Shown here: one piece after another, positions 1-10,290 of the stretch
Layout of the letters: each line of letters starts with the position of its first letter
How positions within the stretch are numbered: the first letter of the stretch is position 1
Source of the DNA: Verrucomicrobiota bacterium
Lineage (GTDB): Bacteria > Verrucomicrobiota > Verrucomicrobiia > Verrucomicrobiales > Akkermansiaceae
DNA: 51,824 nt
Assembly (NCBI GenBank): GCA_008932935.1
Contig: WBXD01000001.1
Location: forward strand, 1 to 51,824
Direction of reading: 5' to 3'
Position numbers and translations under genes: made by a program
The notes under the pieces: generated by a model
What the model was told of the DNA's origin: nothing
Databases searched by the model: none
What the model saw: only the letters and a program-made list of their open reading frames with translations

Positions 1-240
1 CACACCCGCAGCAACGCCGTGGCGAGCGACATCACTGCGATCTATCAGTGGTCCACCGATCTCGTGAACTGGTTCAGCTCTGGCCAAACCAACAGCCAGG
101 GTGTCTCCGCAACCATCACCAGTGCGGTCATCACCGCCGCCAGCGCGCCGGACAACAACGTGATCGAGGCCACTGTGGCGCTCACCGGCGGGACTGCCAC
201 CCGCGTGTTCGCGAGGATCCAAGCTAGCCGAGCTCCATGA
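1..240 (+). CDS. C-terminal end of a secreted or surface protein (5'-truncated by the window edge), with a verrucomicrobial C-terminal domain
   Basis: Frame 1 is open from base 1 (HTRSNAVASDITAIYQWSTDLVNW...RVFARIQASRAP*). The 'YQWSTDL..W ... FARI' ending resembles the C-terminus of the next ORF. Confidence 0.7.
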   Translation, partial: HTRSNAVASDITAIYQWSTDLVNWFSSGQTNSQGVSATITSAVITAASAPDNNVIEATVALTGGTATRVFARIQASRAP

Positions 241-3200
241 GTGAACTGCGATACGATATGAAAATTGCCCCTACTGATCTCCGGCTGCCAAGTTTTTTCC
301 AAGCAACCTATCGATATTCACACGCTATGAACCAGCATAGAGTCCTTGAAAAGTCAATGCTGCTGTCGTTAGGTCAAATGTTCTTGGCTTGTGTCTACAA
401 GTCTTGGGTCTTGGGGCTGAGGCTAAGCGTCGCTAGATTATCCCGTGCGGCGGCTGCCGCGGTATGCTTCGCCACCGGAGTTTGCCTGCTGATGGGCCAG
501 GCGACGGCACAGGGCTACCTCGACAATAATTCGATCTATTCTAACCAGGACCCGAACACCGAAACCCGCCGATCGGACCATTTCCGGATGAACTTCGGCC
601 ACTTCAACCGCGATACCGGCACGCCGATGACCGAGCAATTGGCCCAGGGTAACCTCCAGGAGTACGAGCAAATGTGGAACCGCTGGGTCGTCGAAATGGG
701 CCTGCACGACATCAACGAGTCGGTGACTGCCCCCGACGGCAACAAATACCGCGCCAACTTCAATTTCCTCATGACCTGGGATGACGGCGGCGGCGGCGGC
801 GCGTATTCGAGCATGGACCCGGGCGGATTTTTCTACGCCATGTCCAATACGAGTAATGACCGCTATGATCCGCCCTCGGGTGCCACTCCGCATGAGTTTG
901 GCCACGTCTGGGAAGGTAGTTGCGCGGGCTTCAATGGCACGGATAGTTCGGGCTCTTGGTGGGAATGCACCGCCAACTGGATGTTGCTCCAGCTCCTCAA
1001 CGCCTACCCGCAGTCAGGTGGCTATCTCTATAACAGCGTGTTCTATCCGGCCCACGGCAGGGATTACTATGACTCTTGGATGATCTACGAAGCGGCGAAG
1101 GATGACCCGCGTTATGGCGCGGCCTGGGTTAATGAGCTGTGGACTAACGCCACCGCCGACCAGCGTGCACACGAATACATCCTCGACCGGATGATCCGGC
1201 TCGACACCTCGGGTTCCGCCGACAAGGCCGGTGCCATGAAAGACTTGTGGGGCGATATGGCTAAAAAAATGGTCACCTGGGATTTTGCGCGACAACGCTG
1301 GCTGGCCCAGGCCAACACCCCGTGGAATGGCGATACCTGGGAATGGTACACCCGCTGTCGCGCCCCCTTGGTCAAACTTGCCGGTACCACCGGCTGGTAC
1401 CGCCCGGCCCGCGAACACATCCCCCAACAATTCGGCTTTCATTTCGTCCCGCTGGCCGTGACGCCCGGCACCACTGTGAGCTGTAATTTCCAACCACTCA
1501 GTGATTTTGTTAGGCAGAGCGACTGGCGTGCCTGCCTGGTGGCCGTCAATACCCACGGCGAAGCCAGCTATTCGTCGCTGTGGAACATCGGCACCAACTC
1601 AATCACGCTTTCGGCAGACCAAAGCCAGCTTTATCTGATGGTCATCGCGGTGCCCAAGCCGATGAAAATCGGCGACCCGGTGTGGGCCGAATACACCCGC
1701 GATTCCGGTCTGCAATTCCCCTACACGGTGGCCTTTACCAATGCGACCCCTCAAAATGTCATCTATCCGGCGCAAAGCCACAGCGGGATGGTTCAGCATG
1801 CTAATGGCGGCGGGTGGAAAGCCACCAGTGCCAGCGTCGATGCCAGCGCCTACGTTGGGCCCAATGCGCAGGTGCTTGATACAGCCCAGGTCAGGGGCAA
1901 TGCCCGCGTCGAGGATTATGGAGTTGTTAGAAACGCTGCGCAGGTGCGGGACAACGCGGTGGTGTCTGGGCATGGGATGGTGTATGAGAATGCGCAGGTC
2001 TATGGCAATGCGAAGGTGAGGGATTGGGCGATGCTTTTCGGGAGCACCAAGTTATATGAAAACGCCAAAGCCATTGAGCACGCAGGTTGCGGCGGCACCA
2101 ATGATGTTGCCGGCAACGTCGTCTTGAAGGGCGTCACCTCGGTGTATAGCCCGTCCACCTTCAGCGGCAGCCTCATCACCGACGGCGACACCGCCAACGG
2201 CGGCACCGGCGACCACGGCGTGCATTTCGGCTGGCAATGGGGGCAGAATCCCGCGATTTTTCCCGCGCTAACGGACAATAAATACCAATACAGTGGGCTC
2301 ACCTTCGAGCGCGACAACGCGGTGTTCGCCTGCGACGAGTTTGGCATCAATCACGGCTATCTGATGAACGGCTGTCGCACGGCCAATGACACCGTCGCGC
2401 CCACCCGCGGCGGCCGGGTGCTGCCCTTGGACGGGGTAAGCCAGTATGTTGAACTGCACAATTCCGTCAATGATTTCAAGGACAGCACGTTTGCCGTGTG
2501 GTGCAAGCGAACCGGCGGCGCGGCCGACCAGCGCGTTTGGTCGCTGGGTGATGGCGGCAACAAAGTGATGTATCTAACACTAAACGCCGCCGCCACCGGC
2601 ACCTTGCGCTTTGTCATCAGCGACGGCACCACCACCCAGACGCTCGACGGGCCAGTGATTGCCGCCAATACCTGGCGACATGTTGCAGTGGTGTTCTCAA
2701 GCAGCACATGCACGCTGTATCTCGACGGGGTGGCGCTGTCCAGCAACGCGGCCATGTCTTTGCTGCCCGACAGCCTCAACGCGCCGTTGATGGAGAATGC
2801 CAACTACCTAGGCCGCGGCAATGCCGGCAACTATTTCCAAGGAAGCATGGATGAATTCCGGGTATTCAACAAGGCCCTGAGCGCCGCAGAAGTGACCGCT
2901 TTGTTCTCCACGGCCGCCCCCGCGCCGATCACCATTGGCGCCGACACCACCCCTCCGTCGCCCAACTCCGCGACCTGGCTGGTCGAACCCATGTCCAACG
3001 GCGACAGCTCCGCGACGATGAGCGCCACGCCCGGCACCGACGCCAGCGGCTGGGTGGAATATTTCTTCACCTGTGCCTCCGGCGGCGGGCATGACTCCGG
3101 CTGGGTTTCGTTCAACAAATACACGGATGTCGGTCTAACACCAGGATCGGCGCCAAGTTATACTGTCAAGATGCGCGACCGCTCGGGCAATACCACCGGA

Positions 3201-6200
3201 GTTTCCGCTACGGTCACCGCCACCCTCGCCACATCCAGTGCTGGCAGCGCCGGCTTCAGCTACGGCCCCATCGGCACTGCCGACGGCCAGATCACGATGA
3301 GCGCCACCAAGGGCAGCAGCCCCACCGGCAAGCTCGAGTATAAGTTTGACCGCACCCTGCCCACCACCGCCAGCAGTGGCTGGCAGTCAACGCCCACCTG
3401 GACCCAGACCGGTCTAACATTAGGAACGAGTTATACCTATACCGTCACCATCCGTGACGGCCGTGGCAACACCAGCAGCCCTTCGGTGCCAGTATCCGCG
3501 CTCGCCAGCGACACCGCCAGCCCCGCGCTGCCGATCACCGTGGCCCACTGGCAGATGCAGCCCTACGCCACCATCGACAACAAGGTCTGCATGACCGCCA
3601 CTCCCGTTCTCGAAAGCGGCGCGCAGATTTATTACCAGTGCGTGAGCGGCGGCGCTCCTGACAGCGGATGGCTTGCCGCGACGACAAGCGATGACGGCGG
3701 CAAGTCCTATTATGTCCGCTGGACCACACCCAAGGCGCAGGCCGACGGCACCTATTCCTACAAATACAAACTCAAGGATGCGGCGGGCAACGAATCCGCC
3801 TATTCCACCACCTATTCCGCAAAAATCACCCCTACCACAGGGTATCACAGTGCCACTTTCGCCGAGGTGGGCAGCTTGCCGGACGACTCTCTGGTGACGT
3901 TCAACGGAGTGGTCATGCAAACGTATGCTGATCATTATGTGGTCAAGGATGTGGCTAGCAACGCCACCATCACCGTCCGCTCTGATCTGTACGCCCAGGC
4001 GACCGATCCTACCAAGGCGCTCAAGCTCTGTCTGATCAAAGGCCACTTGTGGACCTTCAGCGGAACGCGCGTGGTGACCTATGCAGCTCTCACCCCGATC
4101 ATGGATCCACCGGCGTTCGCCGTCTCGGGCAAGATCCGCGATTCCAGCAGCGGCGCGGGCCTCGCCGGGGCGAGCGTGTTTTTCGCGACGCTGCCAGGAG
4201 CCGCGGCGAATCCAGCGCTCACGGCCACCACCGACGCCAACGGCAACTATTCCCAAGCGCTTCCCAACGGCTTATGGTATGTGGCGGCTGCGGCCCCTGA
4301 TCATTTCCCGGCGGCCGAGCAGACGCTTACGGTCAACGGCATGCCACTGGCCAACGTCAACTTTAGTCTGAATGCGGCCTCCACCATCAGCGCAAGTGTC
4401 GGAGCGGGCGGCTTGGTCAGTCCGTTCGGAGCGGTGCTGCTTAGCTACGGAACCAACCAGACCTTTGGCATCACGGCCAATAGTGGCCAGAGCATTGCCA
4501 GTGTCTTGATTGATGGGGTCGAACAGGGCTCGATCTCGAGTTATGTGTTCACTAACGTGACGAGCAACCACACGCTCGCCGTGACGTTCACCGCCAACTC
4601 CACACACATCCCGCAGACGGCCGGGCTGATCGACTCGGCGCTGGCCGCAAGCTTGCCGGCCAGTGGCCCGAGCGGCAATTGGGCCAGCTACCTGCCAGCA
4701 GGCAAGACCTACACTGCAATGGGGACGCCGACTCTGAACACGCTCAACAACGCGAAGTGGTCTCTCAATCTGCATAGCGACGGGGATGGTTTTGATTGCG
4801 GCGATCATGGTTCGACGGCTATTGCGTGCAACGGTGCCAGCATCGTGGCGGTTGTGAAGCCGCTGCGCAATACGACCACTGACGGCTGGAACTCGGTGGT
4901 GGATATCTTCTATGATCGGCTGGTGCTTGGCGTCATCAACGGCACCGGACAGATCTGCGTCAGGCGCAACGGCAGCAGCGATAGGAGCACCACCACCATC
5001 CCCGACGGCCAGATTACCGTCCTGACTTTGATTGTGCAGCCAGACGGATCCTACAAACTCTATGCCAATGGCACACAGGTCACCATGCCTAACAGCGGTG
5101 CCGTTGCCGGCGGCTTCACCTCGCTGGTGCCGGGTGTAGCGGGAGCGTATGCCACCCACATCAACATCGGCCGCAACAACCCCGACGGCTGGACTACGTT
5201 CAATGGCGATATGGGCGATTTCTTCATCTTCAACCTCGCCTTGAGTGATGCCGAACGCCAAACGCTCGAGGGTGACATGTCAAGCAAGTTCGGGGCCGCC
5301 GCACCGCGCATCATCACCGCGTCCGCCGGTTCGGGCGGTATCCTCAGCCCGAGCGGCAATGTGAGCGTGGCCAATGGTGGCAGCGCGACGTTCGTCGCTA
5401 AGCCCTTGACCGGTTATGCGCTTGCCCAACTCACGGTGGACGGCGTAAACCAGGGCGCGCTCACCAGTTACACGTTCAGCGACGTGGCAGCCAACCACAC
5501 GCTTACGGCTGCCTTCACCAGTGTGCCCACTTATACGCTCACGGCTGCCGCAGGGCCTAACGGGTTGATCAATCCCGCTGGCGCGCTGGAGGTCAATGCC
5601 GGCTCAAGCCAGACGTTGAGCCTGAGGCCGGCCACCGGCTATCAGGTGGCTGACGTGCTGGTGGATGGAGTGTCGCAAGGTGCGCTCACCAGTTACACGT
5701 TCACCAATGTGCAGGCGGCGCACACGGTAGCAGCCACCTTCACCCTGCAAATCTGCACCATCAGCGCATCCGCCGCAAGTGGTGGCTCCATCAGCCCAAG
5801 CGGCACCGCAAATGTGAATTTCGGATCTAACCAAACATTCACGTTTACGCCCAACACGAACTACGCCATTTCCAGCGTGCTGGTGGACGGCGTGGACGTT
5901 GGGGCACCGGCGAGTTATACCTTCAACTCGGTGATTGCCAAGCACACGATAGCGGCAGTGTTCATCGCCGGCACGCGCAAGATTCCGGCTGCGGACCGGC
6001 TTTTTGTCGCCCTGGATACCAAGGATATTGTTGGTAGCAGCGCGATCACGTCCTGGCCGTGGCTGTGGCCGACAGGTAAATCCCTGACGAACATCGCCTC
6101 GCCCACGGTGCAAACCCTCAACAGTGTGAAATGGGAATGGAACATGCGCACCGACAGTGACGGCTTCCGCGTCGGCCAATATACCACATCAATCCCAGTC

Positions 6201-9200
6201 ACCGGCGGCACCATCATCTGCGCCATCAAGCCGACCCGCAACACCACCGCCGACGGTTGGAACTCGGTGGTGGACGTGATGTATGGTGAAATGGTGCTCG
6301 GGGTCAACAACGCCACCGGCCTGCCGCAGCTCCGCCTTAAAAAAGCCATGGTGACGGGCACCACGGCGATTCCCGACGGGCAAAAAACCATTTTGACGTT
6401 GGTGGTTCAACCCGGTGGAGCCTACACGGTCTATGCCAACGGCGTGTCGATGATGACCGGCAGCAGCGCGGCGATGACCGAGTGGCTGCCCGGTAATACC
6501 ACCGGCAATGCTAGCGCGTTTGACTCTTATATTGACGTCGGGCGCAGCGACCCCGACGGCTGGTCTGCGTTCAACGGCAACATTGGCGATGTGTTCCTGT
6601 ATAAAACCGCGCTAACCGATGAGCAGCGGCAGCGCCTGGAGGCGGACATGATGAGCAAGTTCGGTATCAGCGGCGCTAGCAGTGGCACTTACGCCATCAG
6701 CGCCTCCGCCGCCAGCGGCGGCGCGATCAGCCCGGCGGGCGCAACGCAGGTGAACTCGACTGCCAACCAGCCATACACCATCACACCCAATGGCGGCTAT
6801 GCCATTGCCGACGTGCAGATTGATGGCATTTCCGTCGGCGTGGCCGGTAGCTATACTTTCACCAACGTGCTCGCCAACCACACGATCACCGCGGCGTTTG
6901 TCACGGCGACGTCCTGCACGATCAGCGCTTCCGCCGGTGGCGGCGGCAGCATCAGTCCGAGCGGCGCAGTCGTGGTGAACCTGGGAACCGACCAGACTTT
7001 CAGCATCACGCCTGACCCGGGCTACACCATCGCGCAGGTAATGGCGGACAGCGTGCCGCTAGGAGCGCTTGCCAGCTACACTTTCAGTAATCTGCTTGCG
7101 GACCACGTGATCAGCGCCACGTTTGCAGCCATGCCGGTGCCGTCGCTCGCACTGGCCCGCCACGCCGGCAGCGCCAGTTCTTCTAACTATGGCGACGCAG
7201 TGAGCTTCGATGTGAGTGTGAGCGGAGTTCCAGCAGCGACCGGCAGCGTGACCCTCAAAGACGGCGGTGCCAGCGGAACGAGTCTCGCCAGCGCCACTCT
7301 CAGCAGCGGTGCCTGCACCATCACCACGAGTGCGCTGGCAGCTGGCAGCCACCCTAACATCGTTGCGGTCTATTCCGGCGATGGCAACTTGGCCCCGGGC
7401 ACTTCCAGCGCTGTGAGCGGCCAAACGGTTAGCCAGAAAGCTCTCACGGTGTCAGGGGCGGTCGTCACCAGCAAGCCCTACGACGGCACCGCCGCCGCGC
7501 TCATCAGCAACGGCAGCTTGAACGGCTTGGTCGGCAGTGACGCGGTCACTCTCGACAATGCGAGCGCCGGCACCTTCGTTAGCAAAAACGCAGGCTCCGG
7601 CCAAGCCGTTGGCACGGCGATGACAATCTCGGGCGCGGCGGCGACTAATTACTCACTGGTGCAACCGGCGCTAACAGGAACGATCACCGCCAAGGGCTTG
7701 ACTGTCACCGGCACGCTGGTCACCAGCAAGCCCTACGACGGCAGCACGGCCGCCACTCTCAGCGCCGGAACCTTGCTCGGCGTGCTCAGCGGCGAGACGC
7801 TTAACCTGCTGCCCAGCGGCACTTTCAACACCAAAGACGTCGGTACCGCCAAGCCGGTGACATCGACCTCGACTCTATCCGGCACGCAGCTGGCTAATTA
7901 TGCGCTCACCCAACCCACCGACTTGACCGGTACCATCACCGCCAGAGTGGTGAGTCTTACCGGGAGCCGGAGCTATGACGCAACGTCGGGCGTGACAGCC
8001 GCAAACCTGACAATTTCCAACAATGTGGACGCGGCCAGTCTCAGTCTGACGGGCAGCGCCACGCTGGCCGGCAAGGATGCCGGGTCGCAGGCCATCGTTA
8101 CCAGTTATGTGACGCCGGCCCGCGTGGGAAGTGCCGCCACCGGCAGCACGGGTGCCGCGGCCGCGAGTGCTTTAGCGGTGACCCTGGCCGCGCCCACGGC
8201 TGGAAATACGCTCATCGCGGTGATCTCGACGCGCAGTGCGAGTGCCAGCGCGGTTAGCAGCATCGCCAGCAGCGGCACGGCCTTGACCTGGATACGTGCG
8301 GTGCAAACCACGCCATCGATCTCCACGACAACCGAAATCTGGTATGCGCCAGTGCTTGCCGGTGCGGGTACGTCCGTGACGATCAGCCTGTCTGCCTCAG
8401 TGTTTGCCGCCGCCGTGGTGACGGAGTATTCCGGCGTGCTAACGGCCAATGCGGTGGACGTAACGGCTAACAATAGCAACGGATCCAACGGCACCGCGGC
8501 CTCCACCGGTACCACCACCGCCACCACCCAGGCTAACGAATTGGCGGTCGGCGGCATCGGCCTCAGGTCCAGCGGCTATACCTTGGGGACTCCGACCAAT
8601 GCGTTTTCTCTAATCACCAACGCCGCCTCCTCCAACGCCACCGCAGTCAACAACGCCAGGGTCTATGCGTTTGACAAAATCCTCACGACATCCGCAACCG
8701 TCACCTCTGGCGGCACCGTCAGCACCACGTCGCGCTGGTCCGGCGCGCTTGCCACCTTCCGTGCGGCAAGCTCCGCAAGCCTAGCGCTGGCCGGCCCGGC
8801 AGCCACTAACTACACGCTGGCCGGGGTCGGCGGCTCGGTGAAGATTAACCCTAAGCCACTGCTGCTCACTGGCCTGGCCACCCCTAACCGTGCCTACAAT
8901 GGCAACGCCACCGCCGCCCTAACCGGATCTGCGGCGCTGCTGACGGCAGAGGCCGCCGGTGCCGGCACCAGTGATGACGGCAAGCCCCACGCCGGCGACA
9001 CGCTGACTCTTGGCGGCACGCCCAGCGGCGCGTTCGCAGACAAGCACGCAGCCACTAGCAAACCGGTGACAGTCACCGGCCTGACCATCGGCGGCGCACA
9101 GGCCGCCGACTACACCCTTGCCCAACAGTCGGGTCTAACAGCAAATGTCGCGCAGCTCCCGGTCACGGTGACGGCGGTGACCGCCAGCAAGCCGTATGAC

Positions 9201-10025
9201 GGCACGACTGCCGCGGCGGGTACGCCGACGCTCGCGCCGCCGCTTGCCGCCGGGGACACTACAACCGAGCTCTCGCAGGCGTTCTTGGACAACAATGCCG
9301 GCGAAGCCAACAAGGTGATTGTGCCAAACATCACGATCAGCGACGGCAATGGCGGAGCCAACTATGCGCCGACGCTGGTGAACTTCAGCAGCGGCTCGAT
9401 TGCCAAGGCCCCAGCTACCATTACACTTACAGGCCTAACACGAGTTTTCGATGCCACGCCCAAATCCGCCACGGCGACGACCGTCCCGGCGGGGCTAGCG
9501 GTGGCTCTAACCTATGACGGGGTGCCCGCCCCGCCCAGTGCGGTGGGCAGTTACGCGGTGGCGGCGAGCCTCAACGAGGTGAACTACATCGGCACGGCCA
9601 GCGCCACCTTGGCTATTACGGCGGATCCGCTCAGCGCCTGGCGTGCCGCCCATTTCACGGCCGGGGAAATCGCAGCGGGGCTGGCGGCGGATGGTGCCGA
9701 TCCGGACGGCGACGGTCTGACTAACCTAACAGAATACATCCTCGGCACCGATCCGCGTGTTTTCAGTCCGCAACCGCTGGTCATTACATCCGCCGTAGGC
9801 AAACCTTTCACGCTGTCCTTGCTCGCACGCGCTGCGAGCGGCACCGGTTACGCCGGCGTGACCCGGAAGTATGCCGTGGAAACCACCGCTGACCTAGCCA
9901 ATGCCTCCTCGTGGCAGGCGCTTGCCGGGTACACCGGCATTGTTGGCGGCGACCAGACCGTCGTCGTCACCCTGCCCATCGATGTATCGAAAAAATTCTA
10001 CCGTCTCAACGTCCGCCTGGAATAG
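237..10025 (+). CDS. Giant secreted multidomain protein: Svx/AvrXca-like (DUF6055-type) HExxH metallopeptidase, hexapeptide beta-helix, LamG domains, FN3-like and Ig-like repeats, YDG/MBG repeats
   Basis: 3262-aa ORF. Signal-like segment ending ATA-QG near aa 90, so the true start may be a later ATG (e.g. 329-378). Motifs: PHEFGH...WWE zinc motif; HANGGGW...AYVGPNAQV followed by (A.V.GNA)n repeats; LamG (LDGVSQYV, WRHVAVV, YLGRG..FQGSMDEFRVFNKALS); six ~75-aa ISASAG.GG.ISPSG...SYTF.NV repeats; SKPYDG repeats; DPDGDG motif; C-terminal KKFYRL. Confidence 0.85.
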   Translation: MSELRYDMKIAPTDLRLPSFFQATYRYSHAMNQHRVLEKSMLLSLGQMFLACVYKSWVLGLRLSVARLSRAAAAAVCFATGVCLLMGQATAQGYLDNNSIYSNQDPNTETRRSDHFRMNFGHFNRDTGTPMTEQLAQGNLQEYEQMWNRWVVEMGLHDINESVTAPDGNKYRANFNFLMTWDDGGGGGAYSSMDPGGFFYAMSNTSNDRYDPPSGATPHEFGHVWEGSCAGFNGTDSSGSWWECTANWMLLQLLNAYPQSGGYLYNSVFYPAHGRDYYDSWMIYEAAKDDPRYGAAWVNELWTNATADQRAHEYILDRMIRLDTSGSADKAGAMKDLWGDMAKKMVTWDFARQRWLAQANTPWNGDTWEWYTRCRAPLVKLAGTTGWYRPAREHIPQQFGFHFVPLAVTPGTTVSCNFQPLSDFVRQSDWRACLVAVNTHGEASYSSLWNIGTNSITLSADQSQLYLMVIAVPKPMKIGDPVWAEYTRDSGLQFPYTVAFTNATPQNVIYPAQSHSGMVQHANGGGWKATSASVDASAYVGPNAQVLDTAQVRGNARVEDYGVVRNAAQVRDNAVVSGHGMVYENAQVYGNAKVRDWAMLFGSTKLYENAKAIEHAGCGGTNDVAGNVVLKGVTSVYSPSTFSGSLITDGDTANGGTGDHGVHFGWQWGQNPAIFPALTDNKYQYSGLTFERDNAVFACDEFGINHGYLMNGCRTANDTVAPTRGGRVLPLDGVSQYVELHNSVNDFKDSTFAVWCKRTGGAADQRVWSLGDGGNKVMYLTLNAAATGTLRFVISDGTTTQTLDGPVIAANTWRHVAVVFSSSTCTLYLDGVALSSNAAMSLLPDSLNAPLMENANYLGRGNAGNYFQGSMDEFRVFNKALSAAEVTALFSTAAPAPITIGADTTPPSPNSATWLVEPMSNGDSSATMSATPGTDASGWVEYFFTCASGGGHDSGWVSFNKYTDVGLTPGSAPSYTVKMRDRSGNTTGVSATVTATLATSSAGSAGFSYGPIGTADGQITMSATKGSSPTGKLEYKFDRTLPTTASSGWQSTPTWTQTGLTLGTSYTYTVTIRDGRGNTSSPSVPVSALASDTASPALPITVAHWQMQPYATIDNKVCMTATPVLESGAQIYYQCVSGGAPDSGWLAATTSDDGGKSYYVRWTTPKAQADGTYSYKYKLKDAAGNESAYSTTYSAKITPTTGYHSATFAEVGSLPDDSLVTFNGVVMQTYADHYVVKDVASNATITVRSDLYAQATDPTKALKLCLIKGHLWTFSGTRVVTYAALTPIMDPPAFAVSGKIRDSSSGAGLAGASVFFATLPGAAANPALTATTDANGNYSQALPNGLWYVAAAAPDHFPAAEQTLTVNGMPLANVNFSLNAASTISASVGAGGLVSPFGAVLLSYGTNQTFGITANSGQSIASVLIDGVEQGSISSYVFTNVTSNHTLAVTFTANSTHIPQTAGLIDSALAASLPASGPSGNWASYLPAGKTYTAMGTPTLNTLNNAKWSLNLHSDGDGFDCGDHGSTAIACNGASIVAVVKPLRNTTTDGWNSVVDIFYDRLVLGVINGTGQICVRRNGSSDRSTTTIPDGQITVLTLIVQPDGSYKLYANGTQVTMPNSGAVAGGFTSLVPGVAGAYATHINIGRNNPDGWTTFNGDMGDFFIFNLALSDAERQTLEGDMSSKFGAAAPRIITASAGSGGILSPSGNVSVANGGSATFVAKPLTGYALAQLTVDGVNQGALTSYTFSDVAANHTLTAAFTSVPTYTLTAAAGPNGLINPAGALEVNAGSSQTLSLRPATGYQVADVLVDGVSQGALTSYTFTNVQAAHTVAATFTLQICTISASAASGGSISPSGTANVNFGSNQTFTFTPNTNYAISSVLVDGVDVGAPASYTFNSVIAKHTIAAVFIAGTRKIPAADRLFVALDTKDIVGSSAITSWPWLWPTGKSLTNIASPTVQTLNSVKWEWNMRTDSDGFRVGQYTTSIPVTGGTIICAIKPTRNTTADGWNSVVDVMYGEMVLGVNNATGLPQLRLKKAMVTGTTAIPDGQKTILTLVVQPGGAYTVYANGVSMMTGSSAAMTEWLPGNTTGNASAFDSYIDVGRSDPDGWSAFNGNIGDVFLYKTALTDEQRQRLEADMMSKFGISGASSGTYAISASAASGGAISPAGATQVNSTANQPYTITPNGGYAIADVQIDGISVGVAGSYTFTNVLANHTITAAFVTATSCTISASAGGGGSISPSGAVVVNLGTDQTFSITPDPGYTIAQVMADSVPLGALASYTFSNLLADHVISATFAAMPVPSLALARHAGSASSSNYGDAVSFDVSVSGVPAATGSVTLKDGGASGTSLASATLSSGACTITTSALAAGSHPNIVAVYSGDGNLAPGTSSAVSGQTVSQKALTVSGAVVTSKPYDGTAAALISNGSLNGLVGSDAVTLDNASAGTFVSKNAGSGQAVGTAMTISGAAATNYSLVQPALTGTITAKGLTVTGTLVTSKPYDGSTAATLSAGTLLGVLSGETLNLLPSGTFNTKDVGTAKPVTSTSTLSGTQLANYALTQPTDLTGTITARVVSLTGSRSYDATSGVTAANLTISNNVDAASLSLTGSATLAGKDAGSQAIVTSYVTPARVGSAATGSTGAAAASALAVTLAAPTAGNTLIAVISTRSASASAVSSIASSGTALTWIRAVQTTPSISTTTEIWYAPVLAGAGTSVTISLSASVFAAAVVTEYSGVLTANAVDVTANNSNGSNGTAASTGTTTATTQANELAVGGIGLRSSGYTLGTPTNAFSLITNAASSNATAVNNARVYAFDKILTTSATVTSGGTVSTTSRWSGALATFRAASSASLALAGPAATNYTLAGVGGSVKINPKPLLLTGLATPNRAYNGNATAALTGSAALLTAEAAGAGTSDDGKPHAGDTLTLGGTPSGAFADKHAATSKPVTVTGLTIGGAQAADYTLAQQSGLTANVAQLPVTVTAVTASKPYDGTTAAAGTPTLAPPLAAGDTTTELSQAFLDNNAGEANKVIVPNITISDGNGGANYAPTLVNFSSGSIAKAPATITLTGLTRVFDATPKSATATTVPAGLAVALTYDGVPAPPSAVGSYAVAASLNEVNYIGTASATLAITADPLSAWRAAHFTAGEIAAGLAADGADPDGDGLTNLTEYILGTDPRVFSPQPLVITSAVGKPFTLSLLARAASGTGYAGVTRKYAVETTADLANASSWQALAGYTGIVGGDQTVVVTLPIDVSKKFYRLNVRLE
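4380..7130 (+). repeat. Intragenic protein repeats: six Ig-like 'bacterial repeat' units interleaved with two paralogous LamG-like domains
   Basis: Units start near 4382, 5310, 5530, 5757, 6690 and 6917. The LamG-like pair (~4605-5295 and ~5980-6665) shares 'KP.RNTT.DGWNSVVD', 'IPDGQ', 'GR..PDGW..FNG..GD.F' and 'L.D..RQ.LE.DM.SKFG'. Confidence 0.85.
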
Positions 10026-10043
10026 CCCGCGAGCCGACGCTCC

Positions 10044-10070
10044 GGAGGGACACGGCCAGCTTGGCCGTGT
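10044..10070 (+). terminator. GC-rich hairpin after the giant gene (terminator-like or REP-like)
   Basis: ACACGGCCA-gct-TGGCCGTGT, a 9-bp stem at 10050-10070, preceded by GGAGGG. No U-tract follows. Confidence 0.35.
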
Positions 10071-10290
10071 GTGAGAGCGGGGGTGATCCATCGTTGTGCG
10101 CTTTGGCTGTGCATTGGCACACGCCGCCGCAGCAGCATCGTCATCCCTTGGTCATTTCGCAAATTGGGCAGCGAATTCGCGCATTGGCCATTGTCCCGCC
10201 TAGCAGCCTGATGTTTGATCGATCCCAAGCACTGGGCATGCAGTCATCCCGCATGCCGAGTGCTGCCATCCCATTGATCCAGCAGCCCCC

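Noticed and set aside
1800-2200. Acyltransferase or LpxD-like enzyme
   Set aside because: The hexapeptide repeats are an internal part of the Svx/AvrXca-like architecture, and no activity can be inferred.
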